A stretch of 64,000 bases of DNA from an uncultured Candidatus Saccharibacteria bacterium. Its GTDB lineage: Bacteria > Patescibacteriota > Minisyncoccia > Phycocordibacterales > UBA918. The translations under genes were made by a program, and so were the position numbers. Below, in pieces: positions 31,541 to 41,274 of this stretch (position 1 is the first letter of the stretch; every line of letters starts with the position of its first letter). Location of the stretch: NCBI GenBank assembly GCA_964402035.1, contig CAYOAM010000001.1, positions 243,558 to 307,557 of the forward strand, read 5' to 3'. The notes under the pieces were generated by a model. The model did not search any database. It was not told the origin of the DNA and saw only the letters and a list, made by a program, of their open reading frames with translations.

Positions 31541-31972
31541 ATGGGTAAGAAACGAATCATAAAGAAGAGCGGGGGCGGAGATGCGACAAATTCATCTACT
31601 GCTCTTTCACGTATCCCAAAAAAGAAAGTGGAGTCTGGAATATTATCTATTACTGCGACCTTCAACAACACCCTGGTGACGTTGAGCGATAGCCGTGGCA
31701 ATGCCCTCATCAGCGCCTCAAGTGGAGCGCTTGGTTTTAATGGCTCAAGAAAAAGTACACCGTTTGCTGCTGCAAAGGTAGGTGAGGCGATAGGAGACAA
31801 AGCACTGCAGATGGGCATGAAAGAAGCACATGTTGTTATTAAAGGTGTTGGAGCTGGACGAGAGTCAGCACTGCGTGGCTTTGCAGGAAAAGGTGTAAAC
31901 GTGACAAAAGTAAGCGACCGAACACCGATTCCGCACAACGGCCCACGAGCGCCTAAGCCACGTCGCATTTAG
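31541..31972 (+). CDS. rpsK: 30S ribosomal protein S11
   Basis: TFNNT, RKSTPFAA, TPIPHNG. Confidence 0.98.
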   Translation: MGKKRIIKKSGGGDATNSSTALSRIPKKKVESGILSITATFNNTLVTLSDSRGNALISASSGALGFNGSRKSTPFAAAKVGEAIGDKALQMGMKEAHVVIKGVGAGRESALRGFAGKGVNVTKVSDRTPIPHNGPRAPKPRRI

Positions 31973-32003
31973 TTTTTAGACTTTATACTTTCATTTATTA
32001 CAT

Positions 32004-32612
32004 ATGATTATCGGACCAAAATATAAGATTTGTAAACGTCTCGGAGGCGCTGTGTTTGAAAAATGTCAAACACAGAAGTTTACTCTTTCGGAGGCTCGTA
32101 TTGAGAAAAAGAAGTCAAAGCGTGGAGGTCAGGCAAGTGACTTTAAGCGTCAGCTCATCGAGAAGCAGAAGATGCGTTTTAGTTATGGTATTTCGGAAAA
32201 GCAATTGGCACGCTATGTTGCACTTTCACTGGAGCACAATGCAGATCCTGTGCAGGCCTTGTTAGGAAATCTTGAGTCACGACTTGATAACGTAGTCTAT
32301 CGTCTCGGACTTGCAAAGACTCGACGTCTTGCGCGACAGTTGGTCTCGCACGGACACATTTTGGTAAATGGCAAAAAGAGCACTGTGCCGTCGCACAAAA
32401 TTCGTGAGAAGGATGTGGTCTCTGTTCGAGAAGGAAGCAAGACCAGTGTTCTTTTTGACAATCTCGTAGAGCGTGTAGATCAGAGCAGTATTCCGGTATG
32501 GCTGCGTATGGATCTTAAGGATGCACGAGGAGAGGTTATTTCAGCACCACAGCAGACAGGAACGGAGACTTTGTTTGACGCAGAACAAGTATTCGAGTTC
32601 TACAGCAGATAA
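32004..32612 (+). CDS. rpsD: 30S ribosomal protein S4
   Basis: QLIEKQK, LESRLDNVVYRLG, ARQLVSHGH, EFYSR. Confidence 0.98.
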   Translation: MIIGPKYKICKRLGGAVFEKCQTQKFTLSEARIEKKKSKRGGQASDFKRQLIEKQKMRFSYGISEKQLARYVALSLEHNADPVQALLGNLESRLDNVVYRLGLAKTRRLARQLVSHGHILVNGKKSTVPSHKIREKDVVSVREGSKTSVLFDNLVERVDQSSIPVWLRMDLKDARGEVISAPQQTGTETLFDAEQVFEFYSR

Positions 32613-32644
32613 TATTTATTAGAGCAACACATTAAGTAATATAT

Positions 32645-33610
32645 ATGCTTGAAACAAACGTCGCACTACCCTCAAAACCCCGTATCATCTCTGAAGATGC
32701 TTTTTCAGGTGTATATGAAATTGATGGCCTGTACCCTGGATACGGCCACACCCTCGGAAATTCGCTGCGCCGCATTATACTTTCGTCTCTTCCAGGTGCC
32801 GCGATCACACAGGTGAAGATCGAAGGCGTATCACATGAATTCTCAACACTTGAAGGTGTGAAGGAGGACGTGATTGCACTCCTCCTCAACCTCAAGCGCG
32901 TACGTCTTTCTATGCACGGAGGAGAACCGCTGCGTATTACACTCAAAAAGAACAGCATTGGTCCTGTAACAGCAAAGGACATTACCGCGCCAAGTCAGAT
33001 TGAAATACTTAATCCTGATCAACATATTGCAGAACTCACCGCAAAAGGAACAACACTCGAGATCGAAATGACGGTGGAGCGAGGTCTCGGATATGTGCCG
33101 CGTGATATCCATCAGAAAGATAAGGTAGACATCGGCGTTATAGCACTTGATGCTGTGTTCACTCCGGTTCGTCGTGTCAACTACGAAGTAGAAAACATGC
33201 GTGTTGGTGACCGAACTGACTACAATCGACTTCGTGTCTTCCTTGAGACTGATGGTACTATCACCCCTCGTGAGGCACTTGAAAATTCAATCGAGATTAT
33301 GGTGCACCAGCTCAAGGCAATCATCGGTTTTCAAGATACGACTCCTGCTGAATCTTCTGTAGAAATGCCTGAGGAACGAGAAGATCAAGAAGACAAGAAT
33401 GTTGACAATGATGTGCTTAAAACTCGTATTGAAACACTGGATCTTTCTATGCGAACACTCAATGCGCTTGAAGAAGCAAACATCAGAACGATCGGTGGGC
33501 TTGTTCGAAAGCGAAAAGATGATATTCTTGCGCTTGACGGAATGGGACCAAAGGGTCTTGATGAAATAGTCGTCATACTGAAACAGCTCAATGTTTCATT
33601 TAAAGAATAG
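32645..33610 (+). CDS. rpoA: RNA polymerase subunit alpha
   Basis: GYGHTLGNSLRRIILSS, HEFSTLEGVKED, alpha-CTD. Confidence 0.98.
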   Translation: MLETNVALPSKPRIISEDAFSGVYEIDGLYPGYGHTLGNSLRRIILSSLPGAAITQVKIEGVSHEFSTLEGVKEDVIALLLNLKRVRLSMHGGEPLRITLKKNSIGPVTAKDITAPSQIEILNPDQHIAELTAKGTTLEIEMTVERGLGYVPRDIHQKDKVDIGVIALDAVFTPVRRVNYEVENMRVGDRTDYNRLRVFLETDGTITPREALENSIEIMVHQLKAIIGFQDTTPAESSVEMPEEREDQEDKNVDNDVLKTRIETLDLSMRTLNALEEANIRTIGGLVRKRKDDILALDGMGPKGLDEIVVILKQLNVSFKE

Positions 33611-33612
33611 TC

Positions 33613-33966
33613 ATGCGTCACCACAGCAAAAACCGAGTACTAAGTCGAGATAAAGGTCAGCGGACTGCGCTGCTTCGTGGTCTTGCACAATCACTCATCA
33701 TGCATGAGAAGATTATTACGACTGAAGCAAAGGCAAAAGAATTGCGTCCGTATGCTGAAAAGCTCATTACCTGCGCAAAGGAGAATACGCTCGCTGCACG
33801 TCGTCGCGCATTGGCAACACTTGGTCAACCTGATGCATCGGTAGCAGATAAGCTTTTCGCAACCCTTGGCGTGAAGTACAAAGACCGAAACGGTGGGTAT
33901 ACGCGTATCATCAAGATGGGCAGAACAAAGGCAGGCAGAACTGAGGCGGTTATTGAATTTGTATAA
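33613..33966 (+). CDS. rplQ: 50S ribosomal protein L17
   Basis: ITTEAKAKE, RNGGYTRI. Confidence 0.97.
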   Translation: MRHHSKNRVLSRDKGQRTALLRGLAQSLIMHEKIITTEAKAKELRPYAEKLITCAKENTLAARRRALATLGQPDASVADKLFATLGVKYKDRNGGYTRIIKMGRTKAGRTEAVIEFV

Positions 33967-33970
33967 ATAT

Positions 33971-34324
33971 ATGGAACAAAAAGAATTCACCATTGATGCA
34001 AAAGGAAAGCGACTTGGTCGTCTTGCTACGCAAGTGGCATCTTTGCTCATTGGAAAGGACCGCACAGACCTCGTAAAATATAAAGTGCCCGAAGTACGTG
34101 TTACGGTTATCAATGCAAGCCATCTTGATGTATCCGAAAAGAAATCTAAACAGGAGATCTACCAGACATACTCAGGTCACCCGGGAGGACGAAAGGTTGA
34201 GACCTTAGGGCACCTTGGAAAGCGACGCGGTTATGCTGAGGTCATTCGACGTACCGTGCGTGGCATGTTACCAAAAAATCGACTCCAGAGAGATAGATTA
34301 GCAAAACTGATTATCAGCGAATAA
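33971..34324 (+). CDS. rplM: 50S ribosomal protein L13, short form (117 aa)
   Basis: IDA.G..LGRLA, SGHPGG, VRGMLPKN. Confidence 0.95.
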   Translation: MEQKEFTIDAKGKRLGRLATQVASLLIGKDRTDLVKYKVPEVRVTVINASHLDVSEKKSKQEIYQTYSGHPGGRKVETLGHLGKRRGYAEVIRRTVRGMLPKNRLQRDRLAKLIISE

Positions 34325-34332
34325 TACGACAT

Positions 34333-34734
34333 ATGGTAGCAAAAGCAGATGCATACATTGAGGCAGTAGGAAGACGAAAGACCGCTACAGCGCGTGTTCG
34401 TATTACGCCTGCAAAGGAATCAGAAATCATCGTAAACGACAAAAAACTAGAAACTTATTTCAGTGCAACCCTGGTACATGTCGTACAATCCGTGTTTGCT
34501 ATCAATGAAGGAACAAAGCCGTATAGTGTGACCGCACGAGTCTCTGGTGGTGGACTATCATCACAAGCTGAATCTATTCGTCTCGGCATTGCTCGCGCAC
34601 TTGTGAAGGAGTCACTAGACCGCCGTAAGCTTTTAAAGAAAGCAGGTTTTCTAAAGCGTGATCCTCGCAGTAAGGAGCGCAAGAAATTTGGTCTCCGCAA
34701 AGCCCGCCGTCGCCCACAGTGGTCGAAGCGTTAA
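34333..34734 (+). CDS. rpsI: 30S ribosomal protein S9
   Basis: GRRKTATARV, GGGLSSQA, ERKKFGLRKARRRPQWSKR. Confidence 0.98.
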   Translation: MVAKADAYIEAVGRRKTATARVRITPAKESEIIVNDKKLETYFSATLVHVVQSVFAINEGTKPYSVTARVSGGGLSSQAESIRLGIARALVKESLDRRKLLKKAGFLKRDPRSKERKKFGLRKARRRPQWSKR

Positions 34735-34762
34735 AAGAAAAGCCGCCAGTGCGGCTTTTCTT
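34735..34762 (+). terminator. intrinsic terminator after rpsI
   Basis: AAGAAAAGCCGC-CAGT-GCGGCTTTTCTT. Confidence 0.85.
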
Positions 34763-34764
34763 AG

Positions 34765-34938
34765 CTTTGACGGTCGGAGATATGTTTTTGCTTTTTCCTA
34801 GCAAAAACGATCGAGACGGGCTCGCGAGCGCACAGCGACTCGTGAGGTAAACGATAGGATCGTTTGCTCCGGTCCCCCGTAGAGGGGAACGGCCGATGTT
34901 GACTGAAAGGAAACAGGTCGTAGGAGGACGAAGAGGTA
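34765..34938. ncRNA. candidate structured non-coding RNA or repeat element
   Basis: Several consecutive hairpins and a closing stem 34772-79/34867-74; no ORF; family not recognised. Confidence 0.4.
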
Positions 34939-34939
34939 G

Positions 34940-34967
34940 TGAAAAAACCGCATCTGCGGTTTTTTCA
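34940..34967. terminator. bidirectional intrinsic terminator
   Basis: TGAAAAAACCGC-ATCT-GCGGTTTTTTCA. Confidence 0.8.
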
Positions 34968-35000
34968 TACGTGCATATAGTATATTCTGAAAATTATGAT

Positions 35001-35029
35001 TTGACTTCTATATAAAAGCACGTTATAAT
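35001..35029 (+). promoter_or_regulatory. sigma-70 promoter of grpE-dnaK
   Basis: TTGACT-17 bp-TATAAT, 9 nt before the grpE ATG. Confidence 0.85.
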
Positions 35030-35038
35030 GCCGCCGCT

Positions 35039-35617
35039 ATGTTGAAGTTATTTGATGAACACGATGCCGAGTATATCCCCGAGGACATTGGGGATGATGC
35101 TACTATTGATGACGCGGAGGAAACAGATCCGTTGGCCAAAATTCAAAAACTTAAAAGTGATCTAAGGGTTTGCAACAAGGAACGAAAAGATTATCTCGAT
35201 GGATGGCAGCGGACAAAAGCAGACTATTTAAACAACAAAAAACGATTTGAAGAAGAGCGAGCGCAAATAGGTAGCAGAAGTGAGGTCAAGGTAATAGAGA
35301 AGCTGTTACCGCTCTGTGATAGCTTTGAAATGGCTCTGAAGCAATTGGGGACTGATGAAGACACGCAGAATCAGTGGAAGTCGGGACTACTACAGGTCAA
35401 CACACAACTTACTACGCTTTTAACTTCACTCAATATAACAGCTGTGGGTGAACCGGGCGAGACCTTTGACCCACAAGTCCATGAAGCCCTTTCAAATCAA
35501 ACGGTAACCGACGAAGCCAAACATGACACCGTGGTCGCAGTTCTGCAGAAGGGGTATCGACGGGAGGGGATACTGATACGCCCGGCAAAAGTAATTATTG
35601 GAATCTACGGATCATAA
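35039..35617 (+). CDS. grpE: nucleotide exchange factor GrpE
   Basis: RTKADYLN, LLPLCD, FDPQVHEA, LQKGY...IRPAKV. Confidence 0.96.
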   Translation: MLKLFDEHDAEYIPEDIGDDATIDDAEETDPLAKIQKLKSDLRVCNKERKDYLDGWQRTKADYLNNKKRFEEERAQIGSRSEVKVIEKLLPLCDSFEMALKQLGTDEDTQNQWKSGLLQVNTQLTTLLTSLNITAVGEPGETFDPQVHEALSNQTVTDEAKHDTVVAVLQKGYRREGILIRPAKVIIGIYGS

Positions 35618-35644
35618 ATCATTAATTATTTAAGAAATATATCT

Positions 35645-37507
35645 ATGGCTAAAATTTTAGGAATCGATTTGGGAACTACAAACTCAGCAGTTGCGATTAT
35701 TGAGGCTGGTGAACCGCAGATTATTGAGAATGCTGAGGGCAATCGCACAACACCTTCTATCGTTGCGATTTCAAAGACGCAAGAGCGCTTGGTGGGTCAA
35801 ATCGCAAAGCGGCAGGCTGTGACGAATCCAAAAAACACGATCTACGGTATCAAGCGTTTTATGGGTCACAATTTCAGTGACGAAGCCGTACAGCGTGATC
35901 GCGGAATGGTTTCTTATGAAGTGAAAGCAGGCGTCGACGGCGGAGTCATTGTACATCTCGGTGAAAAAGACTATCGTCCCGAAGAAGTGTCTGCAATGAT
36001 ACTCTCGAAACTCAAAGCCGATGCTGAAGCAAAACTGGGCGAAAAGATTACCGAAGCGGTTATCACCGTACCGGCATACTTTAACGATGCGCAACGGAAA
36101 GCAACACAAGATGCGGGGAAAATTGCAGGTCTTGAAGTGCGCCGCATCATCAATGAACCTACAGCTGCAGCTCTTGCATACGGATTTAATAAGAAGAAAG
36201 AAGAAAAAATTGTCGTGTTCGACTTTGGTGGAGGAACATTTGACGTCTCAGTGCTTGAGGTTGGCGATGATGTTGTCGAAGTAAAAGCGACCGATGGAGA
36301 TTCCCATATGGGCGGGAGAGATATCGATCAAAAGATCGTCCAATGGTTGATTGCTGAGTTCAAGAAATCGGAAGGTATTGATATTAGCAAGGACCCACTT
36401 GCACTACAACGACTTGATGAAGCAGCAGAAAAGGCTAAACACGAACTCTCGACCTCTACACAGAGTGAAATCAACATTCCTTTTGTCACCTCAGATGCCA
36501 ATGGTCCAAAACACTTACTACTCAGCTTGAGTCGATCACAGCTCGAAGAGCTCTCACGCGAATACATCGAACAATCAATCGTGATCACCAAACGTGCGCT
36601 TGAAGCGTCACCATTTGGCATTGCAGAAATCGATGAGGTGATTCTTGTTGGTGGACAGACACGTATGCCTGCTATCCAGAATGCTGTAAAGGCACTCTTT
36701 GGCAAAGAACCAAATCGTTCTATAAACCCTGACGAAGTAGTGGCAATTGGAGCTGCGATTCAAGCAGGAATTTTCCAGGGTGATATCAACGATATTACTC
36801 TCGTTGATGTTATTCCACTTTCACTTGGTATTGAAACACTTGGTGGTGTTGCTACAAAAGTAATCGAAAAAAATACCCACATTCCTACAAAGAAGGAGCA
36901 AGTATTCTCAACCGCTGCTGACAATCAGACGTCAGTTGAAATTCACGTCACGCAAGGTGAGCGCCCAATGGCAGCGGATAACAAGTCGTTGGGACGTTTT
37001 ATCCTGGATGGAATTCCTCCAGCACCACGCGGTCTCCCACAAGTACAAGTTACGTTTGATGTTGACTCAAATGGTGTGTTGAGTGTGGTTGCAAAAGATA
37101 AAACCTCAGGAAAAGAACAAACCATCCGTATTGAAGCAAACTCTGGGCTGACCCCCGATGATATTGAGCGCATGAAGCAAGATGCTGATGCTCACAAAGA
37201 CGAAGACGAAAAACGAAAGAAGCTCATTGATGCCAAAAACATAGCTGAACAGATGGCGTACACAGCAGAAAAATCCCTCAATGAGCACAAAGACAAAATC
37301 TCAGAAGAAATAAAGACCGGCGTTCAAGAAAAGATTACTGCATTGCGCACAGCGCTCACGGGGGAAAATGAAGAAGCTATCACCGCTGCATCCTCAGCAC
37401 TATCAACTGAAATGCAAAAAATCGGAGAAGCAGTCGCAAAGGGAAATACCACAGGAGCACCAAAGACGGAGGATACGCCACGTGACGCAGACACTACTAC
37501 CTCATAA
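35645..37507 (+). CDS. dnaK: chaperone DnaK
   Basis: [32 protein letters not shown]. Confidence 0.99.
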   Translation: MAKILGIDLGTTNSAVAIIEAGEPQIIENAEGNRTTPSIVAISKTQERLVGQIAKRQAVTNPKNTIYGIKRFMGHNFSDEAVQRDRGMVSYEVKAGVDGGVIVHLGEKDYRPEEVSAMILSKLKADAEAKLGEKITEAVITVPAYFNDAQRKATQDAGKIAGLEVRRIINEPTAAALAYGFNKKKEEKIVVFDFGGGTFDVSVLEVGDDVVEVKATDGDSHMGGRDIDQKIVQWLIAEFKKSEGIDISKDPLALQRLDEAAEKAKHELSTSTQSEINIPFVTSDANGPKHLLLSLSRSQLEELSREYIEQSIVITKRALEASPFGIAEIDEVILVGGQTRMPAIQNAVKALFGKEPNRSINPDEVVAIGAAIQAGIFQGDINDITLVDVIPLSLGIETLGGVATKVIEKNTHIPTKKEQVFSTAADNQTSVEIHVTQGERPMAADNKSLGRFILDGIPPAPRGLPQVQVTFDVDSNGVLSVVAKDKTSGKEQTIRIEANSGLTPDDIERMKQDADAHKDEDEKRKKLIDAKNIAEQMAYTAEKSLNEHKDKISEEIKTGVQEKITALRTALTGENEEAITAASSALSTEMQKIGEAVAKGNTTGAPKTEDTPRDADTTTS

Positions 37508-37551
37508 TCGTCCGGTTTTTGCTCAAAAGCAATATATGGCATAATGCATCT

Positions 37552-38625
37552 ATGAAGGATTACTACGAAGTACTAGGGGTGCAAAAGAGCTCTTCAGCCG
37601 ACGATATTAAGCGTGCCTTTCGTAAACTTGCAAGCAAATACCATCCTGACAAGAAAACAGGGGATGAAGCGCGTTTCAAAGAGATCAGCGAGGCATACGC
37701 GGTACTCTCGGATCAAAAGAAACGCTCTGAATACGATACGTATGGACGTTCGTTTAGTGGAGGAGCACCAAATGGTGGAGCGCAAGGATTTGGCGGTTTT
37801 GATTTCAGTGGCTTCCAAAAAAATGGCCAGGGATTTGAATTTGATCTCAATGATATTTTTGAAGGGTTTGGAGATATTTTTGGTGGTGGCCAGAAAACAA
37901 GTGGAAACCGTGGGCGAGATATTTCAATTGATATTGAAATATCATTTAAGGATGCGGTGTTTGGTGTAACACGCAATGTACTCTTAACAAAAAATGCACT
38001 CTGTGATGTCTGCAAGGGCAGTGGCGCAGCCCCAGGTAGTAGCACCCACAACTGCGCAACCTGCAACGGTAACGGCAAGGTACGAGAAACGCGTCAGTCT
38101 ATACTTGGATCATTTACCACCGTCCGTGAATGTGCAACCTGTCATGGAAAAGGAAAAGTTCCAAAGGAAACCTGTACCAACTGCAAAGGACGCGGCATTC
38201 ACAAAAAGGAGGAGGAGATTGTAATCTCCATACCAGCGGGTATTGAACATGGTGAAATGATACGCCTCACAGGAAGAGGGGAAGCAGCACAAGGTGGCGC
38301 GTCCGGTGACTTGTATGTCAAAATTCATGTTACCCCACACAAAACGATTTCGCGTGATGGGTCAAATCTCTATAGTGAACTGACGGTCAAATTGACTGAC
38401 GCACTTTTGGGTGCAACATACAACGTAGAAACACTTGATGGTCCCGTCGGAATAAAAATTCCTGAAGGAATAAAAAATAGGGAAGTGCTTCGCATACGCG
38501 GAAAAGGAGTTGGTAAAGGATCTGAACGCGGAGATTTTCTGGTACGAATTTTGATTGATATTCCACAAAAACTTTCACGTAATGCACGGAAGTTGATTGA
38601 AGAATTGCGTCACGAGGGCATATAA
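37552..38625 (+). CDS. dnaJ: chaperone DnaJ
   Basis: J domain with HPD, G/F region, four CxxCxGxG repeats. Confidence 0.98.
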   Translation: MKDYYEVLGVQKSSSADDIKRAFRKLASKYHPDKKTGDEARFKEISEAYAVLSDQKKRSEYDTYGRSFSGGAPNGGAQGFGGFDFSGFQKNGQGFEFDLNDIFEGFGDIFGGGQKTSGNRGRDISIDIEISFKDAVFGVTRNVLLTKNALCDVCKGSGAAPGSSTHNCATCNGNGKVRETRQSILGSFTTVRECATCHGKGKVPKETCTNCKGRGIHKKEEEIVISIPAGIEHGEMIRLTGRGEAAQGGASGDLYVKIHVTPHKTISRDGSNLYSELTVKLTDALLGATYNVETLDGPVGIKIPEGIKNREVLRIRGKGVGKGSERGDFLVRILIDIPQKLSRNARKLIEELRHEGI

Positions 38626-38633
38626 TAGAAGCA

Positions 38634-39122
38634 ATGGACTACGGGGCGATCTTAAGCTACGTACAAAGTACGCTTATTCCGATAATAATTTTCGTTGCCC
38701 TTTTTTTCTACACGATGGTGCGGGGAAGACGAGCAGTCACAAGCCTTATCCTAGGTCTCTATTTGGCACTGCTTGTTTCTTTAAAGTTCCCATATTACGC
38801 GGCTATATATGCGGCCCTGGGAAATATACTGTCTGAAGCAACACTTTCAATAATAATCTTTGCAATATTTACCGCTATGTTTTCACTTCTTATGGATCGA
38901 CTTCTATTTTATAGAATTGACGAAACTGCCTTTGAAGGGTTTGGAAAAAAGGTACTACTTGCCCTCATGGCAACCATACTCATTATGGCGTATAGCTATC
39001 ATGTACTTCCGATCACCAACCTAGTAAATCCGGGCGCTCCTGCACACATGCTGTTTGCCCCAACTGAGTACTTCTTCTGGTGGCTCATTGTACCGCTCGT
39101 TGGCTTGTTTTTTTTGTATTAG
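38634..39122 (+). CDS. multi-pass membrane hypothetical protein
   Basis: About five hydrophobic segments; TATAAT 7 nt before ATG. Confidence 0.75.
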   Translation: MDYGAILSYVQSTLIPIIIFVALFFYTMVRGRRAVTSLILGLYLALLVSLKFPYYAAIYAALGNILSEATLSIIIFAIFTAMFSLLMDRLLFYRIDETAFEGFGKKVLLALMATILIMAYSYHVLPITNLVNPGAPAHMLFAPTEYFFWWLIVPLVGLFFLY

Positions 39123-39128
39123 AAATAT

Positions 39129-40058
39129 ATGCCGCTCTGGATTCCTATTGCGCTATTGTCTACCTGTATTTATGTATGTGGAAATTTGTTTGATAAGTAT
39201 CTGCTCGATAGATTCAGAAACGAAGATGAAGGCATATCCGATGCCAATGCACTGTTCATGTTTTCATCCTTTTTTGCAATTCCTACCACCATTCTTGCTT
39301 TATACATGGGCGCATCAATGGGATTGCAGTTATATCAAATACTGATTGGATTATTGGCAGGTGTATTCAACGGACTCTATTTACTGTTATATCTACATTC
39401 AATCGCACGCGCAGAGTTATCACGAGTTACTCCCGTCTTCCAGTCAGTACCAATATTCTTGGCAATATTTGGGTACATTATCCTCAATGAAGTGCTTACA
39501 CTACCTCAGATGATAGCAGGGCTTTTTATTGTTGCAGGATCCATAACGCTCTCATACCACAAATCTGAGGGCAGATTTCATGCAGTCCCAACGCTACTTA
39601 TTTTTGGTGCCTCAATTGCTGTTTCCTTGCAGTTTGTGCTATTTAAGTATGCTGCTATTGATACGTCTTTCTGGACCAGCGTCTTGTGGAGTAGTGTAGG
39701 ATTAATCCTTTTCGGAGCAACTATTTTTATACTTAATCGAAACTCACGAAAACACTTTCTGCATATTTTTAGGGCAAGACAGTACAAAATGATATTTCTG
39801 AACTTTTGCAACGAAATAGTGGACACCACCGCACTCCTTACGCTTATGTTTGCTCAGACTCTAGGACCAATAGCCCTTGTCCAGACTGTGGACGCCTTCC
39901 ATCCGATCATATTAATGCTCGGCACATCACTACTCACAATACTTGGTTTCAAATCTATTCAAGAAGACGTTTCAAAATACACTCTAGCGCAAAAGATTGT
40001 AGGGCTGCTTTTGATTGGCATCGGTAGTGTGTATATTTATTACCCTTTGTTTAATTAA
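39129..40058 (+). CDS. EamA/DMT family transporter
   Basis: About ten TMs in two repeats; NLFDK, ELSRVTP..Q..P....G...LNE.L, GPIALV. Confidence 0.85.
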   Translation: MPLWIPIALLSTCIYVCGNLFDKYLLDRFRNEDEGISDANALFMFSSFFAIPTTILALYMGASMGLQLYQILIGLLAGVFNGLYLLLYLHSIARAELSRVTPVFQSVPIFLAIFGYIILNEVLTLPQMIAGLFIVAGSITLSYHKSEGRFHAVPTLLIFGASIAVSLQFVLFKYAAIDTSFWTSVLWSSVGLILFGATIFILNRNSRKHFLHIFRARQYKMIFLNFCNEIVDTTALLTLMFAQTLGPIALVQTVDAFHPIILMLGTSLLTILGFKSIQEDVSKYTLAQKIVGLLLIGIGSVYIYYPLFN

Positions 40059-40062
40059 GTTT

Positions 40063-40902
40063 ATGACAAACAAGGTAAGCACTAATAGAATACTGACCGT
40101 AGATAGATTGATGCAAGACAAAAAATCTTTTGACGAGTACGTTTATACCCCCTGGAGGGATGCGATTTCAATTCTCAATGATAGACAGCAGGATACAGTG
40201 TTAGACACTAGCATTAAACATTTGTTGCCCGAAGGACCTCCTCACATTATGATAACCAAGAAATGTATGGTTCTTGGTAGGCATGTTGCAACGCCCAATT
40301 ATGAAATGCATCGTTTTGCAATGTGTGCTGATGTCCTAAAGGAGTTGAACCCAATCATTTTTGAGTATCTTGGCGATAAATTTACCGACACAAATAGTTT
40401 TAAAGCATCCCTAGGTAAGCTGCGATTATATCGAGCTGCGTTCAATAGTAAAGAACCACATTTTGAGTACAGACACGTTGCAGAAATGCAGTGTCACAAG
40501 TGTAAAAGTATAGAGGACATGAAGACAATGTGGGGAGAATCCTTGGTTGGCTTTCATCATAAACTTTTTACTGACACTTTTAACAGTGAAAAATTTTATT
40601 TGTTTGACGCTACCCAGTGGCTGCATAGACATGGAAACAGTGCCGAACAGTATTATCTTGCATATATGAGCCTTTTTTTAAAGCATGGAATTCTTTTTGA
40701 AAATTTTTCTTTAACACATAAAGAGAAAGAATTCACCACAAGAGTGGTGCTGGCTACAATAAGCAAGATGATCGAGCTTACAGGATATAAGCCACTTATT
40801 GTTGCACTAGAACCCACAGATCTTGAAGATGACAGATTTTGGTACTCATACCCATTCTCCAGAAAAACAGCTATTGATAACTTAATTCAAACAAAAGCTT
40901 AA
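40063..40902 (+). CDS. soluble hypothetical protein, enzyme-like (279 aa)
   Basis: Clean ORF 4 nt after the EamA stop; motif-like segments RHVATPNYE, DKF..N..K, FHH, HGILFENF, KPLIV. Confidence 0.8.
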   Translation: MTNKVSTNRILTVDRLMQDKKSFDEYVYTPWRDAISILNDRQQDTVLDTSIKHLLPEGPPHIMITKKCMVLGRHVATPNYEMHRFAMCADVLKELNPIIFEYLGDKFTDTNSFKASLGKLRLYRAAFNSKEPHFEYRHVAEMQCHKCKSIEDMKTMWGESLVGFHHKLFTDTFNSEKFYLFDATQWLHRHGNSAEQYYLAYMSLFLKHGILFENFSLTHKEKEFTTRVVLATISKMIELTGYKPLIVALEPTDLEDDRFWYSYPFSRKTAIDNLIQTKA

Positions 40903-40922
40903 ATTTGTTATTATTGGGTTAT

Positions 40923-41273
40923 ATGCGTACAACATCCATCGTATATGTAATCGTAGGGATAGTATTCTTGGCTATCATATTCGTTCGCTTTAAGGAATAT
41001 ACAATCGAGAGAGACTTTAATGTGTTTTCATATGTACCATGTGATAGTGTTTTTGAGAATTGTTTTAGAACAGTGTGCGCAGATGATAGTCCCGACTGTG
41101 AAATTATAGATTATAAAAAAATTATTATTAGCGCAAAGATAGCCCCTCAATGTGTTTATGAGCATGACTGCAGTAGTTTTAGCTGCGACGCTTTAGAGAA
41201 TTGTAATGTAGTGTATTGTGATGACGCAACGCTTGAGGAGGGTGAGTCATGCACATCGCCTTTAAATAATTAG
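40923..41273 (+). CDS. membrane-anchored Cys-rich protein (116 aa, 10 Cys)
   Basis: N-terminal TM then acidic domain with 10 cysteines; stop 1 nt before the kinase ATG. Confidence 0.75.
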   Translation: MRTTSIVYVIVGIVFLAIIFVRFKEYTIERDFNVFSYVPCDSVFENCFRTVCADDSPDCEIIDYKKIIISAKIAPQCVYEHDCSSFSCDALENCNVVYCDDATLEEGESCTSPLNN

Positions 41274-41274
41274 T

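Noticed and set aside
34968-35038. CIRCE/HrcA control of grpE-dnaK-dnaJ
   Set aside because: No TTAGCACTC-N9-GAGTGCTAA and no hrcA in the window
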